A DNA stretch of 63,435 bases, the filler included, from Klebsormidium nitens (Eukaryota; Plantae; Klebsormidiophyceae): assembly GCA_000708835.1 (NCBI GenBank). It is 5 parts of 5 records of this genome, joined end to end, with 100 filler letters (N's around TTAATTAATTAA, not from the genome) between each part and the next. Parts side by side here need not be neighbours in the genome. Positions count along the whole stretch, not along the records: positions 39,438 to 52,848 come from DF238102.1; positions 52,949 to 60,935 come from DF238236.1; positions 61,036 to 63,435 come from DF237867.1; 2 more parts are not named here. One strand, 5' to 3'. A program made the translations under genes and the position numbers. The notes under the pieces were generated by a model that saw nothing but the letters and a program-made list of their open reading frames with translations, made no database searches and was not told the DNA's origin. Below, one piece after another: positions 52,225 through 63,435 of the stretch (the first letter of the stretch is position 1; every line of letters starts with the position of its first letter).

Positions 52225-52949
52225 TAAGGAGATACAACGAAACTGGTCTCTAATCCCGCCTTTTTCTATCACCATTTGGCCGTCGATCAATTTCACATCT
52301 TAATAACGTGCATGAGTTGTGACGATGATTTCATCATAAAAAAGATTCTTATTTGAGCTTCCAAGTACCTACATAGTTCTTTGAAAATCCTTCTTTCAGA
52401 GCCTATCTTACCAAAAACAATAGGCAGCGACATTTCTGCAGGTACGCGCCTTATCTTTTCCCGGAAAGATACGTAGCTGGATCAATCTGTTCGAGCCTAT
52501 ATGGAATGGAGGAAAGCTAAGTTTCAGAAGTTGACGACGAACGGGCCTTTGGTCATATCTTCACCAAAATGAAAATTAAAGCAGACAACATCATTGTAGG
52601 GCCAATATCAAAACTGAGTTTCAAAGCATTATATATTTTAGAGCCGCCGAAATCTAAACGGAAAAGGACTTTGTAATGGAAGGTACGGCATTTGCTGGCT
52701 TCTTTCATGTTTGCAAATGTATTAAATCCAGTAAAGCTCCCGTAAAGCTTTGATTCTTCAATATGCTTGCAAGGTTCCGTGGGTCGGCTGTGAAGGATAT
52801 TTTGGTGGTTGTCGGGCTCATGGTATAGATTGTTGAGATTCACCTTGTNNNNNNNNNNNNNNNNNNNNNNNNNNNNNNNNNNNNNNNNNNNNTTAATTAA
52901 TTAANNNNNNNNNNNNNNNNNNNNNNNNNNNNNNNNNNNNNNNNNNNNG

Positions 52950-55935
52950 AGGGTCCTCACTTTCGTGTCCTTTGAATTCGCAGGGAGGAGCAATGATGAG
53001 GACTGGGACGACAGCGTCGATGAGGAAGTCCGCAAGGTCCTGGAGCGTGCTTTTGTTTCCCCAGAGAAGAATGGGCAGCCTGAGCTTGACCTGAGGCCCC
53101 TACCCTCTAGCAACCCCTGTGCGAGGAGAGATGTTTCTATCGTTTACTTCCGGGAGTCGCCCAGCCTGCTGCTTACGAAGCTTCCCGGACGCAACGAGGA
53201 TGGCCTTACGAACGCCCAGACGCTGTTGGCGGGAAACAAGCAGCTGCACGCATCGGGACACGGCCAGGACCAGGTGCAGACGCGCGCGACTGCGCTCATT
53301 GCGCCTTCAGGAGGCGGGAAGTCCCGCACGGCGCTCGAGGCATCCTGCCATGAGTACAGCTTTTACTTGAGCTTCTCCACGGAGAAGGAGCCCGGGACAA
53401 ACATCCTGCGGCAGGCCATCGATCGACTCCGTGAAACGCATGGGCAGCGATACGAGGCAGTCGAGACTGACGGTCCTCGCCTGCGAGAGTTCCGCGACCA
53501 GCGGCTCCATGACATGAGGAAGTTCATCTCCCGCATCCTGCTGGCGTTCGCATTGGGCCTCCGCGAGTACCTGAGGCAGCACAGAGACAAAGCCAGCCCC
53601 AAGGGCTTCCTCCTATTCCAGCTCGTCGGCATCAGTGCACAGGAGGTGAGGGTTGCTTGTTTCCTGGGAGATCTTGGGGCAGGGGTTCAGACGTCAACCG
53701 ATGCTAGTCCCTTTGCTCCTGCAATAGCTGCTGAAGCTTCAACTCGTTCTCGCACTTTCTCCCCTCCGCAGTCTGCATCGTTGCATCTCATTGCCATCAC
53801 CTTCTTCTTCTGCTGCCTCCAAGTCGCTCATGGGTCTCTGTTGTATTTTCAGGACTGGCTGCTGAAGACTTGGGGTTGCCTGCTGAGCCTGTCGCGGGAG
53901 GCGGTGGAGCAGAAGCTGCAAGCGACGGTAGAGGAGCTGCGAAGGCTGACCAATCAGGACTTCTTCAACACCTACCTGGATGAGGCGCAAGCCGGGATGC
54001 GGGAAATGGACGGGTACTTCCCGAGCCGGGACAAGACTGAGGGGCGGCCGTTGCTGAACGGCTTGGTTCGGAGCCTGCATCATGGCATCTTTGCGCACTT
54101 TCACTTCAACCTGACAGGTACGTTCTGGAACTACCAGTCAGCCCCCATGGCAGGTTGACGCTCTTTGGCATGCTTCGCTTGATATCGCTCAGCGCATTTC
54201 AAGCCTTTGCCTGCAGCACCGCAATTTTCAGACCCTGCCATTCGTCTCTAAAGTCAGCCTTTTCATGCAGGCCGTCCAGCAGTCACTGATCTGGCCCCTC
54301 TTGCTTGAGTGCAATTTGTCTTTTCCCGGAGTTTCTCGTTGTAACGGGTTCCTTGGTCCCTGCAGGCACGGGGCTCAGCCTCCGCCTATCGCAGCAGCTC
54401 GATTCTGCCGTCGGTGAGGTGGGTGCCGCTCAGCTGACGTCCTTTACCGACTTCCCCCCCTTCACCACNNNNNNNNNNNNNNNNNNNNNNNNNNNNNNNN
54501 NNNNNNNNNNNNNNNNNNNNNNNNNNNNNNNNNNNNNNNNNNNNNNNNNNNNNNNNNNNNNNNNNNNNNNNNNNNNNNNNNNNNNNNNNNNNNNNNNNNN
54601 NNNNNNNNNNNNNNNNNNNNNNNNNNNNNNNNNNNNNNNNNNNNNNNNNNNNNNNNNNNNNNNNNNNNNNNNNNNNNNNNNNNNNNNNNNNNNNNNNNNN
54701 NNNNNNNNNNNNNNNNNNNNNNNNNNNNNNNNNNNNNNNNNNNNNNNNNNNNNNNNNNNNNNNNNNNNNNNNNNNNNNNNNNNNNNNNNNNNNNNNNNNN
54801 NNNNNNNNNNNNNNNNNNNNNNNNNNNNNNNNNNNNNNNNNNNNNNNNNNNNNNNNNNNNNNNNNNNNNNNNNNNNNNNNNNNNNNNNNNNNNNNNNNNN
54901 NNNNNNNNNNNNNNNNNNNNNNNNNNNNNNNNNNNNNNNNNNNNNNNNNNNNNNNNNNNNNNNNNNNNNNNNNNNNNNNNNNNNNNNNNNNNNNNNNNNN
55001 NNNNNNNNNNNNNNNNNNNNNNNNNNNNNNNNNNNNNNNNNNNNNNNNNNNNNNNNNNNNNNNNNNNNNNNNNNNNNNNNNNNNNNNNNNNNNNNNNNNN
55101 NNNNNNNNNNNNNNNNNNNNNNNNNNNNNNNNNNNNNNNNNNNNNNNNNNNNNNNNNNNNNNNNNNNNNNNNNNNNNNNNNNNNNNNNNNNNNNNNNNNN
55201 NNNNNNNNNNNNNNNNNNNNNNNNNNNNNNNNNNNNNNNNNNNNNNNNNNNNNNNNNNNNNNNNNNNNNNNNNNNNNNNNNNNNNNNNNNNNNNNNNNNN
55301 NNNNNNNNNNNNNNNNNNNNNNNNNNNNNNNNNNNNNNNNNNNNNNNNNNNNNNNNNNNNNNNNNNNNNNNNNNNNNNNNNNNNNNNNNNNNNNNNNNNN
55401 NNNNNNNNNNNNNNNNNNNNNNNNNNNNNNNNNNNNNNNNNNNNNNNNNNNNNNNNNNNNNNTGCTTGAGTTCCTCCGCGAGCCGGGCGGAGTCCCCTTC
55501 TTCTTCCCAGAGGAAGGAGCTGGACCTGATCACGCCTCGTACCTGAGAATCGCCGACGAGCGGTGGCTCGCCATCCTGCAAGCCAAGTGCCGCAAGAAGG
55601 TGCGAAACAAGGCACATGCCTTGGGCTCGCTCAACATTCGGACCATGTACAGAGGCGTGAAGGAAAGTAAGCGAGAAGAGAAGCGCAGAGAGCTGACGTC
55701 TCTCCTCAAGGAGAGGGGCGTGAAGGGTATCCTGCGAATCCTCTTGGCGTACCCGGCAGAGGTCAACGCGGCAAGCTATGCCCTGTCCACGCTGAGGCAG
55801 TCTGAGCGGCAGCGGCTCCAAGCAGAGGAGGGGAACGAGTTCGAAGTCGTGCAGCTGTGCATCTCAAAGTCGAATGCGCAGCATTTCCTGACGGCCAATG
55901 AGCGGCGTCACCTGGACTGTTTCAAGGGCGTTTGA
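52950..55935 (+). CDS. Crinkler (CR)-type P-loop NTPase + PD-(D/E)xK restriction-endonuclease-fold protein; N-terminus and middle in gaps
   Basis: Walker A LIAPSGGGKSRT, Walker B TYLDEAQ, FPSR..RPLL, and LTGTGLS across in-phase introns (53646-53852, 54118-54365). After the gap: LEFLREPGGVPFFFPEEGAGPD..ILQAK..RILLAYP..LCISKSNAQHFL; stop at 55933-55935. Confidence 0.75.
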
Positions 55936-57683
55936 TAGCACAATGCAATGTGTAATTACACAAGGGGTTTGGTGGCAACATTGTGTGCTGCAAGTGATAA
56001 GCAAAGAAGGTACGGATGGATACAAAAGGACCGTTGGCTGGTTAGAAGAGTCTAAGTCTGGTGCTGAAGGCGAGGTGTGTACACGTAGACCCACGTGAGG
56101 CGCCTGCTTGACCATTCTGAATCTGCCATGCTAGCGCTTCGTGTGCATACATGTAAGGGAGCCGATTACAATTGTCCCTGATCCTCGCGCTTGCAGACCA
56201 TGGAGATTTGCAGCATTCAAAATGTTGTTTTGGTATCATATTTGCATCTCAAGTGTGAACGCAAAATCAGCATGTGACACCATGCGATATTGCATGATGA
56301 GCGAAGAATGAGTGGCCTCGGTGTTGTGACAAGTGTTGCAAATTGCATCTGGACCACCACTCACTTACCCACTTTTCTCGCTTGGGACAAATACCATTTG
56401 CCACGCACTCCTTCCACTATTCCGATTGCAAGGCATTGCACGCTGGCTCTCGGCCTGAAAGTAATCATTTACTACGTGACGTTGCGCATCTGCGCCAGAA
56501 TAGCTTCGTAAGCATAAGAAAATGGCACTCATTAACAGCAGGTCTCACATGTTTGGCCCCTCAGTAGCAAATGCAAATTGGAAGAAGATCATACATGAGT
56601 CCTCACGTGGTACACCACCCAACCGTGAGCTCTTGACTACAAAAGCACAACTGATATTTGTTTCCCGGCATAGAACCTACATGTACTCTCCAGAATGTTG
56701 AAGAATGTCTCAACAGAAAAAGCGTTTTCACTGCGCTGGCGCAGTGACTCAAAGTGCATGTTTCATGTCACAAAGGATAGCTGCTCTTTTGCAGGAATCC
56801 CAGGAGGCACATGAAAGTCCGTCGAAAAGCTGGGAAAGTAACATGCTGCTGATTCAATCCATTAATCAATTCCACTTATTTGAAAATTCTTCTCAAAGCC
56901 GTCGGCGGCTTACATATAAGTTGAAAGTCTAAATGTAATTTCGAATCTTCAACCCTCTCAACAAAGCTACAGCTCTTAGCGACCAGGGTGCCCGTTTTAG
57001 TAGTGAGGGAAGCTTAAAACGTTGGTCACTACGATAGTCGAGTCGGCATTCACCCCTCGACGACTGAGCCGATTAATTTTTAAGCTTCCCTCACTACCTA
57101 CTAAAACGGGCAGCTTGGTCGCTAAGAGCTGTAGCATCCCTCTGCGCATTTATCTGTCCAAAAATTGGCCTGATTTGTATCATTGTGTTGGCCTACATAC
57201 ACATTGAAAGCCGGATACATTCGTGGAAGCCGTACGCAGGGAATTGCCGGAAAGCGCTCCAGGGCCCGGAATTCACCATTACCGCGCTGTGGTGGACCGT
57301 TCCCGTCCAGGTCCGAGCAGAGCACTCGGGGCCTGCAGCCCTGGCGAGCAGATTGTCCTGCTAACTTGCTAAGGTTGATACGTCACTCACGTTGAACGCT
57401 GTTGGAGATAGCTCTGCATTGCTGCCATCAGGCTCGGTTCTATGGAACTTTCGAGAATGACACGGAATCCCCGTCACGAGGTGACTCAGAATCCAGGTCA
57501 TCTGGGACAGGTGGTATTGGCAAGGTCTGGCGTCTTTTGGCGCCCCGCGGCGGAGCTTGAAAATGCTGGGGTTGCTGCCACATGTCCTTCTAGAAGCAAG
57601 AAGATGCTTCTATAGGTCAGCATCAGGTCAGCAATTGGTGACTTGGCACACTAGGCAGCGGCACCCGATGGCGCTCTCTGGCA

Positions 57684-60600
57684 TCCTCTGGCAGCTTTCC
57701 CAGCTTCTTTTGATGGGTTGCAACGGTCCCCACCTTCATTTCTCAAAACAACAAAGGGTTCATCTCTGGAAGGAGCCCTGGAGCAAGCTTGGAAGGTCGC
57801 AGTCCGTGGTCAGCGCGTCGTGCACACAGGTGTCTGGCCGTGCTCAGGTGAGAGCAGCTTGCCTTTCATTCCTTCTAACATTTTCCAAGGCCTGTGCTAT
57901 GTGCTTGAATGAATGTTTCCAGGCCTTTGTGCCCTTGTAACAGGAGGCAGCCTGGCATGCAGCCTGCACTGTGATCAGCTAGGATGCCTCAGATGTGTTG
58001 TCAACGCCGTATGCCTCAGATGTGTTGTCAACGCCGGCGTGCAGTTGTCTTTGCAATTAGCAACCTGCAATTGTTCTGGCAATCCAATCCATCAATACAC
58101 CTCATGCATTTTGGTACATAATCTTGGTGCAGGCTGGTTGGTCAGCGACAGCAAAGTGCATTGACAGCTGCGCCGCGCGCCAGGTTACAAGGTAAAGCTT
58201 TTGTGCCCAAGCTTATATCCTTCTGCAGATGACAACTTGCGCACCTGGCCGACCTGTGCACCTGCAGGCTCTTAAAACATTGCGCTCAAAGCGTGACCAA
58301 TGTCATTCGATGGCCTCTATGAGTCCCCACCTCAGATCAATTGCTCGTCAATGCGAGATCCTTCAAGGATTCTTAACTGATCATTTCTTGCAGCAGACGG
58401 CAGAGATTACCACACCACAACAGCAGGAGTCGGCAGCCTCGTTGTTTGCTAATAAGAAGCGCATCCGTGCTGCAGTATCGCCGCCTTCTTCTATGGTGAG
58501 CTCACCAAACCTGCAGGCACAGACTCTGCTGCTTGAGGGGGTGCACAGTTAAAGTCTTGGGATTCAAGATGGGCCTGTCTGAAAATGATACGTGTTGGGT
58601 GTGCGGAGTGCTGACAATCTGCATTGGCTTGGAAGCTCAAATGCTTAAAGCAGCTGGTGCAAATTGTCAGGCCCATACCGGGCACTTTCCAGAATCTTTT
58701 ACGATTGACAGAGCAGGGCAAAGGCTGACAATTTGCATTGGCTTGGAGGCTCAAATGCTTAAAGCAGTTGGTGCAAATAGGCAGGCCCATGCCGGCCCGG
58801 CATTTTTCGGAGTTCTTCTGTAGTTGATAGAGCACAATCTGCCAATTTGCACTGGCCTGGAGGCTCGAATGCTTAAAGCAGCTGGTGCAAATTGTCAGGC
58901 CTGGCATGCCGGGCACTTTCCAGAGTTTTTCTGTAGTTCATAGAGCAGAGTCTGACAATTTGCACTGGCTTGGAGGCTTGAATGTTTAAAGCAGCTGGTG
59001 CAAATTGTCAGGCCCGTACCGGGCACTTAGGGGTTTCTTTTGTAGTTGATGGAGCAGAGTTTGTCAATCTGCATTTGCTTGGAGGCTCGAATGCTTAAAG
59101 CAGCTGGTGCAAATTGTCAGGCCCATGCCGGGCACTTTCCAGAGTTCTTCTGTAGTTGATAGAGCAGAGTCTGACAATTTGCACTGGCTTGGAGGCTTGA
59201 ATGTTTAAAGCAGCTGGTGCAAATTGTCAGGCCCATACCGGGCACTCAGTGATTTCTTTTGTAGTTGATGGAGCAGATGTTGACAATCTGCATTCGCTTG
59301 GAGGCTCGAATGCTTAAAGAAGCTGGTGCAAATTGTCAGGCCCATGCCGGGCACTTTGTGGTTTCTTCTGGGGTTGACAAAGCAAAAGTCTGACGATTTG
59401 CACTGGCTTGGAGGCTTGAATGCTTAAAGAAGCTGGTGCAAATTGTCAGGTCCATGCCGGGCACTTTCCAGAGATTTTCTGTCATTGATAGAGCAGAGTT
59501 TGACAATTTGCACTGGCTTGGAGGCTCGAATGCTTAAGTCAGCTGGTGCAATTTGTCAGCTCCATGCCGGACACTTTCCTAGGCCCAGTCACCATGCCAC
59601 AATGTAATGTCTGTGTCTCATCGTGGCACTCTGATCCTGCAGGACTCGTTCGGCGCACCTCCCAATGATGCTCTCCCACCGTCAGACATCAGAGCGCTCG
59701 TGGCGAGCGCGGCCAGAGGCTTTCTCACCAACTCTAGGAGAGGCCATCGCATCTTCTGGAAGGTGGCGGGGACCCTGTGCCAGCGCGCTCGCGAGAAGCT
59801 CGGCGCTGCAGGCCTTCTCTGGTCGAAGGCTGCCTGGGATGGGAGCCTGCATGCCGCGATGGCGGGGCTCAAGGAGCTCGCGGGCACTGCAGACGCGGGC
59901 CTGCAACAGGGCTTTGAAGCCGTCTTGACATCGATCAAGCAGGCCCACCTGGAGGGGTTGCGGCAACCAGCATGCGCCTTCCGCGGAGCTCGCAAGACTG
60001 CTGCGAGCCCAGCGCACGCGAGCCCAGCTGCCACGAGCCAGGCCCGGCCCCCAGCTGGTGGTGCATCCAGGAAAGCGAGGCGAGCGAGGGAGGAACTGGC
60101 CAGCTACTTCTTTGGGGACAAAGGTGAGAGCGGCACCTTGATCGGTTTAGTCTGATCGAAGCACCTGATCGGCCCTTTGCGGGAGTCAGATTCAAAGCCT
60201 TCGTTTGGGGCACTTTTGCTTAAGGGTCCTCGAGTTTGCAACTGTACAGGACCCCAGAGCTCTCGTGTGTATGTCTAGGGATACGAGAAGGCGAGCTTCT
60301 ACGTCCATACGAGTCAACCAGGGCTTTACCTGTTTTCGTTTTTGATCCCAACTCTTTGTGCTTTCTTTTTCAGTTCCACACAGCTTCCTCTGCGGAGAAT
60401 GCAGCAACCCCGCGACCTTTGCGGTGCGCGGGAGCAAGGGAGGGAGCGACCTCAAGTACTCCTGCGGTGTGCATCGCGAGGTCACGGGCTGCTTCAGGAT
60501 CGAGAAAACCCGGACAGGTGAGCCCTGTGCAACTGCCGGTGTGCTGGCGTGTGATGGCGCTCAGACACATTTGTATTGTTCACTCGGCCAAAAGCTGCAC

Positions 60601-60800
60601 CAGGCCCAATCATGCATGTATGCAGAGTTTGTAGGCATGTTGGGTGCGTTCGCCGGCCTGTGTGTCCTGCATGTGAGCGCTCGTAGTAAAGGCATGTGCT
60701 TCTTGCTTTTTCAGAGTGGGCACGTGACTGTGAAGTGCACAAGTTGAAGGCAGAGCTGGCGCGAGCGCTTGACGAGGAGTCGCGGCTTAGGGGCAATCGG
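57684..60800 (+). CDS. Multi-exon gene of unknown function with a C-x2-C...C-x2-H zinc finger; ends uncertain
   Basis: GT-AG-bounded exons at about 59643-60123 (DSFGAPP..YFFGDK), about 60375-60517 (FLCGECSNPATF..KYSCGVH) and about 60716-60800 (EWARDCEVHKLKAELAR). Probable earlier exons at about 57684-57847 and about 58395-58494. Confidence 0.45.
58612..59580. repeat. Intronic tandem array of nine ~109-114 bp units, each with a 14-bp inverted repeat
   Basis: Anchor GCAAAT(TGTCAG) at 58659, 58773, 58887, 59000, 59109, 59219, 59328, 59438 and 59548. Arms CTGACAATTTGCAC / GTGCAAATTGTCAG enclose a 32-nt loop (e.g. 59171-59230). Confidence 0.92.
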
Positions 60801-60869
60801 GGTGAGGGTTTGTTTGGTGCAGAAGAACGTGCCCTTGACAGCTGATTTCAACGGACAGCACAAGATACC

Positions 60870-60935
60870 TGTAACGATTACGACTGGTTAAGCCTAACCT
60901 CGTTCTCGAAAGGATTTCGTTGACCGCGAGTTAGC
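60870..60935. mobile_element. End of a second copy of the Gypsy LTR, truncated by a gap
   Basis: First 35 nt are identical to 31645-31679, but the left flank here is host intron sequence. Confidence 0.85.
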
Positions 60936-61035
60936 NNNNNNNNNNNNNNNNNNNNNNNNNNNNNNNNNNNNNNNNNNNNTTAATTAATTAANNNNNNNNN
61001 NNNNNNNNNNNNNNNNNNNNNNNNNNNNNNNNNNN

Positions 61036-63435
61036 CAACACGATAGGACCCAATGACGAGTACCTCAACTACACTTCGACTCCCTACCATGAGTTTCAAC
61101 ACCTTGTTAAAGAGGACGTTCCGGGAGATGACTAACTTCCCGTCATGGTCCTGGAGCAACCTGTGTACACGCTTTCGAGTCCGGCTCGTAATCCATAATC
61201 ACACAGCGCTTGCTCACCGGATGTTGCTTACACCTCTGCTGCTTGGAGACGTGCCTAAAAGCTCGGGCGCCAAAAATTTTCAGATGCCGGACATTCGGCT
61301 TTTCACTGAAGAACGCCTCCCAAGCGGCCCTTTCCCATGGGCGGTCACGGGCGTCCGGTTTCGGGTATGATTCGCCGTTACCCACGGTTTCCGCCCAAGA
61401 TTGATTAGGCAACCCCGAGTCCTCAGGCATCGCCCGAGCTTTTTCCTCCAAACTCCAGGAAAGCCGTCCCGCCGACCCATATCGCTCGGCACTGCAGCGA
61501 GCGGTTTTTTCGTGAACCGTCCCCTTGCCCCTGAACACGTCTTCAAGGGCCTTGGTCGGGTCTAATTCCACCACCCACTGGTCGATTCAACTATATGGAC
61601 TCCTTCCATCTGTTGAAATCATTCACTATGCTTGTCACAAGCTAGGGTCTAACCACCCTCACTCATAAGCGCCTTCACAAAGAAGCGCCTTTCTCCCTTC
61701 AAGCATTTCTTAGAAATGAATGTCCATCACATGGCAATACTCCAAAGTACTTCCAATCCCGTAGCTAGATGTACTCTCTAAAAACCACTCGGACTTGTGA
61801 CCGGAGCACTATACTACTACTGGTCGATAGTACCGTACTAGTGGTCGGGATACTATACTAGTCGAGTCAACCCCCATCCAACGATCGACAAACCGAGTCA
61901 ACAACCAATCCGACGGTCGATACTTAACGACACAGACTTCCAATCTTATTATCAGCCTTACACGTACCAACCACCATCCTACGGTCTTTTTATTACGAAT
62001 CAATTCACAATCCTACGGCTCAATCTTTCGAGCCTAACTCAACGATTTGGCCGTCAATCAACTCCGTTTCTCAACACTCCCACGCGGACAATTTGTCCCG
62101 CTCAAACCTAGCCTCTTCTACCCGCTGTCTTCTTCACCTTGGCGTATCCACCCCTTGTCGGCCGCCGTGTCCCAAAAGTTTCGAGGCGCCGCTCGCACCC
62201 TATCCGAATAACCTTTGCCGTCCGTCTCCGGCGACATCACCCCCTCCGTCTTCTTCAAAGCTATCTCCGTCCGTGCTCCCACACTGTTGAGATACGGGAA
62301 AGTTTTAGGATCACGCCGTCGACGGTGATTCGACAATACCAGAAGATACGGTGACACCGTTTAAATGCGCGCGGGTTACATCGTTACACCCGAATGACTT
62401 GGCAATAACCGTCAATAATGTGTAGGTTCGATAATAGCCGTCGATGACTGCCTCCATACGGACCACATTGTCCGTCTCGATCTGCGCGCTTCTCCCCTCG
62501 AGCAGCACTTGTGCTCTCGCGTCAGTCGCTCTAGTTAGCGAGAACAAACTCGCCCGTGCCCTTGGAGCGTGCAGGACCTCCCTCAAGGTTACCGAACTCA
62601 CACCGCTCGGGGTTTTACACTTAAGCTCCACTTCTCCAATGCCCACTGCAATCCAAAACTCACCACAGATCCCCACGATCTTCTCATCACGCACAAGCTT
62701 TCTGTAGCTCGTGAATGGGCTTGGATCGGCCGTGACATGCTGGGTGGCGCCCGAGTCGACTATCCACACCCCTTTGCGCACATACACGTCGTCGCCCCAC
62801 GCCGTAAAGGCTACTCCAATTGCAGCCCCCGCAAACTCTCTGTCCTCTGCGCGGCCACTTGCGCGCGCGCTCTGCCTACACACTGCCTCGGTGTGGCCCC
62901 TCTTGCCGCACTTGCGACACTCGGCAGTGCGCAACCTGCACTTTGCCCTCATGTCGCCCACTTTGCCACAACAATAGCATGTTGGCGGGTTTGAGCTCCC
63001 GCCTCTCACCTTCGAGCTTCTTCCCAGCTCGTTTGAGCTTCCCCGGCCCTCTCTGAGCTCGAGTAGCCCCTATGTTTAGCGGCATATGCCACCGCTCCAT
63101 CTTTACCCGAAGTCCTGTCCACGGACCTCGCTTCAGCCCTTAACTTTAGCTTCTGCTTTCTCTGCATTAGCTTTAGCTGGATTACATCTAGAGTTAGCTC
63201 CTCCTCTCCAAGCTCCAAGACTTCCACAAGAGTGGCATACTCCATCGGCAAACTCTCCAAGGTGTGCACGACCAGCTCACCATCCGACACGGTTTGTCCT
63301 GCCGCCCTCAAATCTAGCTTGAGCTCCCGGGATTCCCCTAGGTACTCTGCAATGGCTTTCCCCTTGGTCAACCTTACACCCGTCAGCATCCTCTTGAGCT
63401 GAATGATGCGTGCATTGCTCCTCTTCTCATAGTTG
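61036..63435 (-). mobile_element. Copia remnants (integrase fragment, LTR 61611-62076, gag-protease) running off the window
   Basis: WAETV..KPNVRHLKIFGARAF integrase fragment; TG..CA LTR; CYCCGKVG..C and CRKCGKRGHTEAVC knuckles; WIVDSGATQHVT protease; HTLESLPMEY gag. Confidence 0.85.

Noticed and set aside
58491-58916. Cys-rich repeat ORF on the minus strand (CTSCFKH repeats), and a CRISPR/attC reading of this array
   Set aside because: Most unit lengths are not multiples of 3, the ORF does not span the array, it lies antisense in an intron, and the linkers are homologous to each other.

Overview
Intron-rich eukaryotic nuclear DNA from a draft scaffold with N gaps; four gaps carry a TTAATTAATTAA linker. 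The gene content and splice style suggest a streptophyte green alga such as Klebsormidium, but that is inference. The first 12.5 kb hold three host genes: a GPR1/FUN34/YaaH acetate-channel-type gene, a PHT4;5/ANTR6-type anion transporter, and PECT1 arranged head-to-head with it. Two MITE-like elements lie in or just after this block. About 15-32.4 kb is a decayed minus-strand Ty3/Gypsy retrotransposon with three unusual features: (1) an array of 11 stem-loops with a conserved GGUCAA loop and G-U-rescued variable stems filling the leader between the LTR and the first ORF; (2) a long insert with a second zinc knuckle between RNase H and integrase; (3) a possible intron-containing accessory gene after pol. 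Next come a spliced type-II membrane protein gene (DUF4422-like by eye), the last exon of a GH3 glucosidase, and a 13 kb nest of Copia elements. The nest includes one full-length element that is strongly depleted of CAG/CTG, sits inside another LTR and is itself hit by a solo LTR. The window ends with a Crinkler-type P-loop NTPase + PD-(D/E)xK nuclease gene, an unknown zinc-finger gene whose intron holds nine hairpin-forming ~110 bp repeats, and further Copia debris. All counts and alignments were made by eye.
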